Below are positions 9,221-17,912 of a stretch of DNA of 64,000 bases, piece after piece (position 1 is the first letter of the stretch; the number at the start of each line of letters is the position of its first letter). Source of the stretch: Vicinamibacterales bacterium. Lineage in GTDB: Bacteria > Acidobacteriota > Vicinamibacteria > Vicinamibacterales > UBA2999. The notes under the pieces are model-generated. The model was given only the letters and a program-made list of their open reading frames with translations, ran no database searches and was not told where the DNA came from. The DNA lies in assembly GCA_035649635.1 (NCBI GenBank), contig DASRJE010000208.1:1-64000 (forward strand), written 5' to 3'. Made by a program: the position numbers and the translations under genes.

Positions 9221-10051
9221 GTGATTGCTCCGATGATCAATTACACCGAGCACGTCCGGCGGCTGATGTCGGACATCGTCTTACGCGTGCCCAGGTTGCA
9301 GTTTCTGGATATGAACCGCATCCTGGTGTTCGCGCGCTCCGGACGTGCCGACCGGGAAGGACCGTACGCCACTTGCCACTGCGTCTGTATCCCGCCCAGC
9401 GATCCCGGCTATTACTTCTGGCGTGATCAGACGACGGGGACATTGACGCGACGCTCGGAGTGGTTCGTCACCAAGTCGCCCGTCGTACAGGTGGGCACCG
9501 CTCAGATCGACTACATGGTGTCGTTCACGCTTCCGCGCTTCTGCGATCAGCGGCGCATCAGCGCGCGCAAGCGCGCGCGCTATCGTGGGCATCCCGAGTG
9601 GATGGCGAAGTTGGACACCATCATCCACGAGCTCTACCACATCGATCCGCACCAGCCCGGCATCCGTCGCATCGAACGCGCGGACGGCACTCCCTCGACC
9701 AAGTGTCACAGCCCGGCGTTCTTTCAGGACGTGGTCGAGATGGTGACGCAATACCTGACCAGCAGCCCCGATCCCGAGATTCTCGAATTCCTTCGCTATG
9801 ACTTCGTGGGGTTGACCGCGCGGTATGGCGGCGTCGTCGCGACGACCTTCAAGGGATCCTGCTACCCGCGCCGGTACATGGAAGTCCTTCGACCGCAACC
9901 AGAGACAGCGAATCACGACTGTCCGGTCGAGCCGCTCGACCTTCCTCGTGTGGCCACGCACTTCAGTGATGAGGACTTGGTGATTCGGCGATTCCATGCG
10001 GAGACCGCCGCGCCTTCGCTCGCGCGCAAGGGCAAGGTCCGCGCAGCGTAA
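9221..10051 (+). CDS. Hypothetical protein with HExxH motif (putative zinc metallopeptidase-like)
   Basis: ORF 9221..10051, 276 aa. The motif IIHELYHIDPH resembles DUF45/WLM-type HExxH sites. No other recognisable domain. Confidence 0.5.
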   Translation: MIAPMINYTEHVRRLMSDIVLRVPRLQFLDMNRILVFARSGRADREGPYATCHCVCIPPSDPGYYFWRDQTTGTLTRRSEWFVTKSPVVQVGTAQIDYMVSFTLPRFCDQRRISARKRARYRGHPEWMAKLDTIIHELYHIDPHQPGIRRIERADGTPSTKCHSPAFFQDVVEMVTQYLTSSPDPEILEFLRYDFVGLTARYGGVVATTFKGSCYPRRYMEVLRPQPETANHDCPVEPLDLPRVATHFSDEDLVIRRFHAETAAPSLARKGKVRAA

Positions 10052-10591
10052 CTATCCCGAATCACTTACGCGTCGCGCCCCAACCCAGCGCGACGACCAG
10101 TACTCACTCTCGTAGCTCTCGACGCGCACGACGCCTCGCGAGCTCGGTGCATGCACGAACTGGCCGGCGCCAAGCGCAATACCGACGTGCGAGGCGCCTC
10201 GGCTCACCGTCTCGAAAAAAACCAGATCGCCCGGGTGGACCTCATCGCGATCCACCCGCTTGCCTTGGTCGTACTGTTCTCGCGTTTCGCGAGGAAGCGA
10301 TGTGCCGTGCTGCGCGAACACCCACTGGACGAACCCGCTGCAGTCGAAGCCGCGTGCAGGCTCGCTCCCTCCGTTCAAATACGGGGTCCCGCGAAGCGCC
10401 AGCGCCGTCGCGATAAGCGCGGAAGGCGCGCTTTCAACTTCGCCGGGTGACACCGGCTCGGGGGACGCCGGAGGCACATTGGCCCCGGGGAAAGGCTGGG
10501 GTCGTGGCACACGGCCTCCGCTCGCGCACCCGCCCACGAGCGTGGCCGTGAAGAGCAGTAGCGGAATGAACCAGGCGGCCCGGATCGCCAT
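10052..10591 (-). CDS. NlpC/P60 (C40) family cell-wall peptidase lipoprotein
   Basis: Signal plus lipobox (TLVGGC). Catalytic Cys context GFDCSGFVQWVF, and a His in ASHVGIALG. Convergent with, and abutting, the HExxH gene. Confidence 0.8.
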   Translation of the reverse strand: MAIRAAWFIPLLLFTATLVGGCASGGRVPRPQPFPGANVPPASPEPVSPGEVESAPSALIATALALRGTPYLNGGSEPARGFDCSGFVQWVFAQHGTSLPRETREQYDQGKRVDRDEVHPGDLVFFETVSRGASHVGIALGAGQFVHAPSSRGVVRVESYESEYWSSRWVGARRVSDSG

Positions 10592-10691
10592 GTTAATGAC
10601 AGTGTATCGTCGTAACTCTCTCGTTGCTTAGAGTTTATGGTGTCGGAACCTTGACAGCTCTCGCGGCTCTCCTGCATCATTGGTTCCAGAT

Positions 10692-11225
10692 ATGCAGCAG
10701 GCGCTTCTCCTCAATGCGACGTTCGAGCCGCTGAAGGTCGTCGACTGGCAGAAGGCGATTACGCTGTGGTGCCAGGGCAAGGTGGAGGTCATCGCCCATC
10801 ACGACCGTGAGGTGCACTCCGTCAAGTTCACGATCAAGCTTCCCTCGGTCATCCGATTGCTTCGATTCGTCAAGATCAAGCGCCGGTTCGACTATGTGCC
10901 GTTTTCGAGGGCCAACATCTACTCACGCGACCGCTACACCTGTCAGTACTGCAATGAGGTGTTCCCGACGTCGGACCTGACCTTCGATCACGTCGTTCCC
11001 GTTGCCCAGGGCGGGCGCAAGGATTGGGAGAACATCGTCACCTGTTGCATCGGGTGTAATCGCCTCAAGGGAGGGCGTACGCCAGCTGAGGCGGGGTTGA
11101 AGCTGCTGCGGCATCCGCGGCGGCCGGATTCGGCGCCGGCGATTCGCATCACGGTCGGGTTGCGAGACGCACCCGAGAGCTGGCGTGATTACCTGTATTG
11201 GAACGTCGAGCTCGACGACACTTAA
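10692..11225 (+). CDS. HNH endonuclease (McrA-like small HNH protein)
   Basis: MQQALLLNATFEPLKVVDWQKAITLW is the conserved N-terminus of this family. HNH core CQYCNEVF...LTFDHVVPVAQGG...NIVTCCIGCN. Start could be ATG 10680. Confidence 0.75.
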   Translation: MQQALLLNATFEPLKVVDWQKAITLWCQGKVEVIAHHDREVHSVKFTIKLPSVIRLLRFVKIKRRFDYVPFSRANIYSRDRYTCQYCNEVFPTSDLTFDHVVPVAQGGRKDWENIVTCCIGCNRLKGGRTPAEAGLKLLRHPRRPDSAPAIRITVGLRDAPESWRDYLYWNVELDDT

Positions 11226-11239
11226 GAACGAAGTCCGAA

Positions 11240-11270
11240 GTTCAAAGGTCAAAGTGTGTACCCTTTGAAC
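11240..11270 (+). terminator. Hairpin (9-bp stem GTTCAAAGG / CCTTTGAAC, 13-nt loop) between the HNH stop and the next start
   Basis: Read directly. No clear U-tract, and it ends 5 nt before ATG 11276, so it may be a terminator or a translational control element. Confidence 0.3.
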
Positions 11271-11275
11271 TTGAG

Positions 11276-12262
11276 ATGGCCAGACCCACCATCGCGTCGG
11301 TCACCCCCCTCCGAGCCGTTGAAGGCGGACGAATCACGCTCAGAGGTTCGGGGTTTCCGGTCGACACGATTCCCGAAGTGACCATCGGTGGTCAGCGTGC
11401 GCTCGTCGCTTTCGCGTCGAGCTCGCGCATGGTTGTCACCGTGCCGGCCGACGTGGACTCGGGTCCGGCGCCCATCCGCATCGAAGACCTGCCCGGTGCG
11501 ACTGCCTACGTATCGGTAGGTGGTTCCTGGGCCACGGGGTTGCACCAGGTCGATAACCCCGTCTTCGACCGGGATGGCAATCTCTTCGTCACCTACAGTG
11601 GATCGCGCGGTCAGGAATCTCCCGTATCGATCTTTCGGTGCACGCCATCGGGCACTCGCGAGCCGTTCGTTTCAGGCATCGTCAATGCGACGTCGATGGT
11701 CATCGGCCCTGACCGGCAGCTGTATGTATCGAGCCGGTTCGAAGGAGCCGTCTATCGTGTCTCGACTGAAGGCAAGCACGAGCTCGTGGCATCTGAGCTC
11801 GGTGTTGCGTGCGGCCTCGCGTTCGATCGCGATGGATCCCTTTACGTCGGCGACCGATCGGGCACGATCTTCCGCGTGCGTGACAATCGGGCCGAGCCAT
11901 TCGCCACGTTGCCCCCCAGTGTCGCGGCATTCCATCTCGCGATCAGCCCGAAGGGTGAGCTCTTCGCGAGTGGTCCCACGCTCTCGACGTACGATCACGT
12001 CTACCGCATCGGATCCGACGGCAACGTCCGCTCTGTGCTGGCCACGTTCGGGCGTCCGCAGGGACTCGCGTTCTCACCCGGCGAGGGCGTGCTCCACGTG
12101 GTGGATGCGCTCGCTGGTCGAAGCGGACTCTATCGCCTCGCTGATCTCGACGGCGAACCAGAACTGCTGGTTGCGGGCTGCGGGTTCATCGGTGTGGCGT
12201 TCGGCCCGTCGGGTGAATTTGCCGTCGCCTCGAACGAGACGGCCTACCGTTTCGATTCGTAA
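11276..12262 (+). CDS. IPT/TIG domain plus NHL/SMP-30-like six-bladed beta-propeller protein
   Basis: N-terminus (MARPTIASVTPLRAVEGGRITLRGSGF) is IPT/TIG-like. Repeated ...LYVSSRFEGAVYRV..., ...SLYVGDRSGTIFRV... blades follow. Confidence 0.7.
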   Translation: MARPTIASVTPLRAVEGGRITLRGSGFPVDTIPEVTIGGQRALVAFASSSRMVVTVPADVDSGPAPIRIEDLPGATAYVSVGGSWATGLHQVDNPVFDRDGNLFVTYSGSRGQESPVSIFRCTPSGTREPFVSGIVNATSMVIGPDRQLYVSSRFEGAVYRVSTEGKHELVASELGVACGLAFDRDGSLYVGDRSGTIFRVRDNRAEPFATLPPSVAAFHLAISPKGELFASGPTLSTYDHVYRIGSDGNVRSVLATFGRPQGLAFSPGEGVLHVVDALAGRSGLYRLADLDGEPELLVAGCGFIGVAFGPSGEFAVASNETAYRFDS

Positions 12263-12330
12263 CAAACGGGCAATCCAGACTCACCACACTGGTCGTCCGT
12301 AGAGGCAGGTCCTTAGACATCCAGGTGCCT

Positions 12331-15045
12331 TCAATCGGTGCGCAACGCCTCGAGTGGGCTGAGGCGCGCGGCGCGGCGCGCGGGCAGCCAGCATGCGACG
12401 ACGGCGATGCCGGTCAGCAGCAGCGTGACCACGCCGATGACGAGCGGGTCGCGCGGGCTCACGTTGTACAGCAGCGCCTCGATCACCCTGCCGCCCGCCA
12501 ATGCCGCGGCCAGGCCAAGCCCGACACCGATCATCGTCACGCTCACGCTCTGACGAAGGATCATTGCCGCCACACCAGAAGGCTCGGCGCCGAGCGCGAG
12601 CCGAACACCGATCTCGCCCGTGCGCTGCGCCGCGATGTACGACACGACGCCGTAGATGCCGATCGCGCCCAGGAGCAGCGCCACGCCGGCGGCGATGCCG
12701 AGCAGCACCATCGTGAACAGCATCTGGTCGCCCGCGCGATCGACGATCTCCTGCAGCGTGCGCACCTGGGCGATCGCGAGGTTCGCATCGACGTCCTCCA
12801 CCGCCGCGCGTGCCGCGGCGGTGAGGTCTTCAGGGTTTGTTGTCGATCGGACGACGTAGCTCATTGTCGTGATGTTGGGCCCGATGAGCGCCTCGGAAGG
12901 GATTTCCGGCCCGCCCGCGATCGACATCGGCATGAACATTTGCGGCAGCGGCGGCGCCGTGAGCGCACCAGTCGGCGTGTTGGCGACCAGGCCAACGACC
13001 TCGAGCCACGGTGGCGCCGGTAGTTTCGGATCGACTCGTGCCGCCGATCGGACTCGCTTGCCGATAGGGTCCTGCCCGGGGAAGTACATGGCGGCGAGCG
13101 CCTCGTCGATGACCACAACGGGCTCGCGGCGATCGACATCGCTTTGCGTGAGCGTACGACCGCGTATCAGGCGGATGCTGGCGGTTTCGAGATACCCGCC
13201 GGCGACTGCGCGGAACCACGCGAACTGACGTTGCAGTTGCTGCGGGTTGTCGAGCTCGTTCTCGACGACAAGGCCGTTGCCGTAATTGGTGCCGCTGACC
13301 GGCAGGGTGCTCGAGGCTGAAGCGGAGACCACTCCCGGCAGGGCGTTCAGCCGGTCGAGAATGGCGCGGTGGGTGGCCGCCGCGCGCTCGCGCGTCTCGT
13401 AGACGCGCGGGGGCAGAGCGACGCCGAAGCTGAGAGTCGACGCGGGATCGAATCCAAGATCCAAGTTGCGCAGCCGCTGCACGCTGCGCACCGTCAGGCC
13501 TGAGGCGACCAGCAGCACGAGTGCCAGTGCGACCTGCGCTGTCATCAGGATCTGGCGCGCGCGATGCTGACCGCGCGTCGCGGTCTGACCGCGGCCGCTG
13601 TCGTGCAAGGTGGCGGTGATCGGAGCGAGGCGCAGGAGCGGGATCGCGCCGAACGCCAAGGCTGCGAGCAGGCTCAGCCCGGCCGTGAAGAGCACCACAA
13701 CCGCGTCGATACGCACTTCGTTGAGCCGCGGCAGATTGACGGGGCCGAATGCGACCAGCAGGCGGACGCCGCCCCAGGCGAGCGCCAGGCCAACGATGCC
13801 ACCGACCACTCCGAGCAGTACGCTTTCGGCGAGGAAGTAGCGCGCCAGCCGCTGCGTCCCGGCGCCGAGTGCACGACGCACCGCCACTTCGCGGTGCCGC
13901 GACTCCGAGCGCACGAGGAATAAGTTCGCGATGTTCGCGCACGCGACGAGCAGGAGGAGGCCGACTGCCGCGAGGAGAATCCAGAGCGCCTCGGCGATCC
14001 TGCCGACAAAGAATTCGTGGAGCGGCAGTGCCGTGGACACGATGCCCGTCTGATTCGGTGCCCTGCGCGCCAGATCCTCGATCAGGTTCGTGATCTCCGC
14101 GCGTGCGCTCGTGACGGTCGCATCGTCACGCAACCGCGCGATGCCCTGGATGGAAAACAGGAACGACGCCGACGCGCGCGTCGATTGTGCCGGCTGCCAC
14201 AGATCGATCTGCGGCCGAGGGAACGCGAAGGAGACCGGCATGACACCGACGACGTCGGTGGGGACGCCGTCGATCACGATGGTGCGGCCGACGACGGCGG
14301 GATCCGCACCGAATCGCCGCACCCAGAAGCCATGCGTCAGCACGGCGACCGCCGGTGTGCCCAGCACGCCCTCCTGTTCGGTGAACCACCGGCCGAGCGC
14401 GGGCGTCACGCGCAACACCGAGAGCAGGGACGGCGTGCCACGCGCGATCACGAGACGCTCTGGCGTGCCGCTCCCCGTCAACGTGCCGCTACCGCCTGTG
14501 TATGCGGCGATGCTGTCGAGCAAGCGCGTGTTATCCGCGAGTTGGTGGTAGAGCTGCCAGGTCATGGTCGGCACGCCCGAGGGAACGTTGCGGCCCGGGA
14601 TGCCGTAGTCGAGAAAAATCAGCCGCCCGGAGTCGGCGTACGGCAGCGGGTTGAGGACGACGCGATACACCAGCGTGAAGATCGCGGCGTTGGCCGCAAT
14701 CGCCAGCGCCAGCGTCGTTGCAGCCGCAGCGGTGAAGATCGGCGTGCGCGTCAGCCGTCGCGCGGCGTGGCGCAGTTCCTGCGCAAGTGTGTCCATCATT
14801 CCTGCCTTCGGCGGCCTCAGCAGGCGCTCTCGTGCGTGCCGTATGCGCGCCGCTCGACCCCCTCGCTCCGTGATCGCCACGATCAGGAGACCGGCGCTCT
14901 CGCGCCACCACACTTTCGTCGCGCGCCATCGCCCAGCGGCGCGCGCAGCAGCGAGACGGTTCGCGATCGCGTCTTCCATCGCTGCGCCGTACTCCTGGCG
15001 CAGTGCCTCGGGAGATAACCGCAGGAGCCACCGGTGGACACGCAT
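12331..15045 (-). CDS. MacB/FtsX-like ABC permease of the acidobacterial duplicated orphan permease (ADOP) type, with N-terminal permease-prefix domain
   Basis: Start MRVHRWLLRLSPEALRQEYGAAMEDAIANRL... (ATG at 15043-15045, overlapping the PadR stop). Two FtsX TM bundles with large periplasmic domains. The upstream part of ORF 12331..15192 is spurious. Confidence 0.85.
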   Translation of the reverse strand: MRVHRWLLRLSPEALRQEYGAAMEDAIANRLAAARAAGRWRATKVWWRESAGLLIVAITERGGRAARIRHARERLLRPPKAGMMDTLAQELRHAARRLTRTPIFTAAAATTLALAIAANAAIFTLVYRVVLNPLPYADSGRLIFLDYGIPGRNVPSGVPTMTWQLYHQLADNTRLLDSIAAYTGGSGTLTGSGTPERLVIARGTPSLLSVLRVTPALGRWFTEQEGVLGTPAVAVLTHGFWVRRFGADPAVVGRTIVIDGVPTDVVGVMPVSFAFPRPQIDLWQPAQSTRASASFLFSIQGIARLRDDATVTSARAEITNLIEDLARRAPNQTGIVSTALPLHEFFVGRIAEALWILLAAVGLLLLVACANIANLFLVRSESRHREVAVRRALGAGTQRLARYFLAESVLLGVVGGIVGLALAWGGVRLLVAFGPVNLPRLNEVRIDAVVVLFTAGLSLLAALAFGAIPLLRLAPITATLHDSGRGQTATRGQHRARQILMTAQVALALVLLVASGLTVRSVQRLRNLDLGFDPASTLSFGVALPPRVYETRERAAATHRAILDRLNALPGVVSASASSTLPVSGTNYGNGLVVENELDNPQQLQRQFAWFRAVAGGYLETASIRLIRGRTLTQSDVDRREPVVVIDEALAAMYFPGQDPIGKRVRSAARVDPKLPAPPWLEVVGLVANTPTGALTAPPLPQMFMPMSIAGGPEIPSEALIGPNITTMSYVVRSTTNPEDLTAAARAAVEDVDANLAIAQVRTLQEIVDRAGDQMLFTMVLLGIAAGVALLLGAIGIYGVVSYIAAQRTGEIGVRLALGAEPSGVAAMILRQSVSVTMIGVGLGLAAALAGGRVIEALLYNVSPRDPLVIGVVTLLLTGIAVVACWLPARRAARLSPLEALRTD

Positions 15046-15046
15046 G

Positions 15047-15427
15047 TCAGGCTCGTCCGGGATAGAGCCCGCGCTGCCGCGCGGCGCGGACCAGCGCGGC
15101 CAGGCGCTGCGCTTCCTGCGCCACGGCGCGGCGCCCGAGGCGTGTGATGGCGAAATACTTCCGCCTCGGATCCACGTGGTCCGGCCCCGCAACCGGTGTC
15201 ACCAGACCTTCCTCGGTCAGCCGCCGGAGAGCCTGGTAGAGCGCGCCGGTCGTCGGATCCAGCCGCCCTCCCGATTCCTCCTCGACCCGCTGGCCGATGG
15301 CGTAGCCATGCGACGGGCCATCGCCGAGCGCCAGCAAGATGTGAAACGGCAACTCGCCGAGGCCGCCCCGAGCTGCGTCGAGCGAGCCCGGCGCCGGGTC
15401 GGAATCGGATGTCCGCATTCGTGGCAT
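15047..15427 (-). CDS. PadR family transcriptional regulator
   Basis: LPFHILLALGDGPSHGYAIGQRVEE...LYQALRRLTEEGLV is the PadR wHTH. Its stop overlaps the permease start. Confidence 0.8.
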   Translation of the reverse strand: MPRMRTSDSDPAPGSLDAARGGLGELPFHILLALGDGPSHGYAIGQRVEEESGGRLDPTTGALYQALRRLTEEGLVTPVAGPDHVDPRRKYFAITRLGRRAVAQEAQRLAALVRAARQRGLYPGRA

Positions 15428-15630
15428 TGGACGGGGTTCCGTCGGAAAAGGTTGTCAGCCAACTATAGTAGTGACAACTAGAGTGGGCTCCTCGTCGTCG
15501 CGGCCCGGGTCGATCCCAGGCCACTGTCCCATCGGGGTGAAGGACGACAACGCCTTCAGCGACTTCGTCACGTACCAGGCTGACGAATTGCTGTTCGGGA
15601 CTGCCAGTGCGGTCTGTACGACCTGACTCG

Positions 15631-17238
15631 TTATCTTGCGACGCGAAACACGTACACGGCGCCGGCTTCGTCGACGGAGTTGTCGGTCTGCTTTCCGCCC
15701 TCGCCGCGCCCGCCACCGTCTTCGCTCTTGGCGCTGATGACCAGCGTCCTGCCGCTGCGGTCTATCGCGAGGGAGCTGCCGAATTCGTCGTACGCCTCGG
15801 TGTTCGATCCCTTGATGTAGGCCTGCTGCTGCCATGTCGTCCCGGTGCGAGTGAACAGGTACGCAGCGCCGGCCTCGGTGGCCGACTCATCCTTCTGGTT
15901 GCCGTTGATACCAGTCGCGTTGCTGTCCTCGAGCGACGCGCCGATCACCGCGACGTTGCCATCACCGCTCAGCGCAAGGCGCGAGCCAAACCAGTCGTTA
16001 TAGCCGCTATTCGACGCTTTGAGAAATGCCTGCTGCAACCACATGGTGCCGCTTCGCACGAATACATAAGCGGCACCCACCGACACGTCGTCCTTCTGAT
16101 CGTTGTCGCATCCGGGCGGATTCACGCCAGTCGCGGTGCAATCCTCGTCCAGCGATCCCACGAGCAGCGTGCTACCGTCATCGCTGACCGCAACGTGGAC
16201 ACCGAAGGAATCCTGTGGCTCGCCGTTCGACGGTTTGATGTACGCCTGTTGTGACCACGTCGTGCCGGATCGCGTAAAGACATACGCCGCGCCGGAACCA
16301 TTGCTCTTATTGTCAGCCGGGCCGTTGATCGTGCGAGAGGAACCGTCTTCATCGAACGAGCCAACGGCCAGCATGTGGCCATCGGCTGTCAACGCCACGG
16401 CGTACCCGAACATGTCGCCGGCATCGATGTCGGAGGGCTTCACGTATGCCTCCTGCGACCAGGTCGTGCCGGCGCGTGTGAAGACGTACACGGCGCCGGC
16501 CGACGCCTTCGAGTTATCAGCCTCATTGCCATTGATGCCGGTCGCTGCACTGTCCTCGGTGATCGCGCCAACCGCGAGCGTGTTGCCATCGGCGTTCAAC
16601 GCGATGGAGAACCCGAACTGGTCACCGTCACCGAAGGCGTCGGCCGTTCCGGCCTCGCCCGTGTTCGATGCCTTGATGTAAGCCTGTTGCGTCCAGGTGC
16701 TACCGCGTCGTGTGAACACGTACACGGCGCCAGCCTGTGGAATCGACGCGTCTTTCTGGTTGCCGTTGATGCCTTTCGCGTTGCTGGGTTCCCAGTGCGC
16801 CGACACCACCATCGTGTTTCCGTCTGCACTCAGCGCGACGGCATGACCGAACTCGGCGCTCGAGTGTGGATTCGACGCCTTGACGTACGCCTGTTGGACC
16901 CAGTGCTCGCCCTTGCGAGTGAAGACGTACACGGCGCCGGTATCGAAAAGTGAGTTATCTCGTTGATTCCCGTTTATGCCCGGCGCGCCTCCGGACTCGT
17001 GCGGCGCGCCGACCGCGAGGGTCATCCCGTCGGCACTCAGGGCCACTCCCTGGCCAGTATGACCCTGAAGCACGCCACCGCACCCGAAGTGATCGGACGC
17101 GTCGGGATTCGACGCCTTGAGATAAGAGGTCTGCGTAACCTGCGTCGAAGACGATGAAGAACCGGGCTGCGCGTAAAGATGGATCGCCAGGCTCGCCAGC
17201 CCGGCCAGGGTGACCAGCGTCCCAGTTCCGCGTCTCAT
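15631..17238 (-). CDS. Secreted repeat protein: 8 tandem ~60-aa repeats (FG-GAP/beta-propeller-like)
   Basis: Signal MRRGTGTLVTLAGLASLAIHLYAQ. The repeat consensus GAVYVFTRxGxxWxQQAYxKASNxxxxDxFGxxVALSADGxTLAVGAxxEDSxATGINGNQxDNS occurs 8 times. Confidence 0.7.
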   Translation of the reverse strand: MRRGTGTLVTLAGLASLAIHLYAQPGSSSSSTQVTQTSYLKASNPDASDHFGCGGVLQGHTGQGVALSADGMTLAVGAPHESGGAPGINGNQRDNSLFDTGAVYVFTRKGEHWVQQAYVKASNPHSSAEFGHAVALSADGNTMVVSAHWEPSNAKGINGNQKDASIPQAGAVYVFTRRGSTWTQQAYIKASNTGEAGTADAFGDGDQFGFSIALNADGNTLAVGAITEDSAATGINGNEADNSKASAGAVYVFTRAGTTWSQEAYVKPSDIDAGDMFGYAVALTADGHMLAVGSFDEDGSSRTINGPADNKSNGSGAAYVFTRSGTTWSQQAYIKPSNGEPQDSFGVHVAVSDDGSTLLVGSLDEDCTATGVNPPGCDNDQKDDVSVGAAYVFVRSGTMWLQQAFLKASNSGYNDWFGSRLALSGDGNVAVIGASLEDSNATGINGNQKDESATEAGAAYLFTRTGTTWQQQAYIKGSNTEAYDEFGSSLAIDRSGRTLVISAKSEDGGGRGEGGKQTDNSVDEAGAVYVFRVAR

Positions 17239-17319
17239 CGCGTGCCCCCGCGCGAAGCGCGGGCAGAAGATACTGCGACTAGCGAGACGGAGCCGCATGC
17301 TCGTCGGGGCGCAGTCTCG

Positions 17320-17763
17320 CTATGGATTTCCGACCGTGCCCTTCGGACCCTGCGGTGCGGCTTCGCCGAAGTTTGCGGTGCGATAGATCTCCTTGCCCGT
17401 GTCCACGGAAACGATGTTGGCGCGCTCGGTCAGGTTGAGATAGGGAGCTCCGCTCTTGAGGCGTCGCCCGATGAACGTAAGCTTCATCCCCGCCTTGATC
17501 GTCGACGGCGTCCAGCCGAATTGCTTGATCAACTGCTGCGGCCCGCCGAGCTCGGCCTGCCAGCGAACTGTCTTGCCGCCTTCCACGGCGTCGAAGACGA
17601 TGCGCGCGTGGGGGTTCACCATCTGAACGTCAACGACAGTGCCCGTAACGGTGACAACGTCCTGGTTATAACGGTCGGCATCGCCATGATGCGCGCCAGC
17701 CTGGCTCGTCCAGATGAGTACGCCGATAATCACCGACATCGCGATGAGTAGCGTTCGATTCAT
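17320..17763 (-). CDS. Small secreted hypothetical protein
   Basis: ORF 17320..17763 (-), 147 aa. Signal peptide MNRTLLIAMSVIIGVLIWTSQAGA. No recognisable domain. Confidence 0.5.
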   Translation of the reverse strand: MNRTLLIAMSVIIGVLIWTSQAGAHHGDADRYNQDVVTVTGTVVDVQMVNPHARIVFDAVEGGKTVRWQAELGGPQQLIKQFGWTPSTIKAGMKLTFIGRRLKSGAPYLNLTERANIVSVDTGKEIYRTANFGEAAPQGPKGTVGNP

Positions 17764-17912
17764 AGCGGTCTCCCGACCCTCTCCCCGGCGCCCCTCTTAG
17801 GCACCCCGTTATGTCAATGTGTCACTGTGGCGCGGGCCTGTCAAATGCCCAGGCTGTCCGAATGCGGGCGGATCCGGCCGTCAACCGGGTACTCTTCGTC
17901 TAACGGTCCATC

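Noticed and set aside
12830-15018. Long ORFs 12830..13942 (-), 14017..15018 (+) and others inside the ADOP permease gene
   Set aside because: Arg/Pro-rich low-complexity products in alternate frames or antisense to a gene with clear FtsX architecture.
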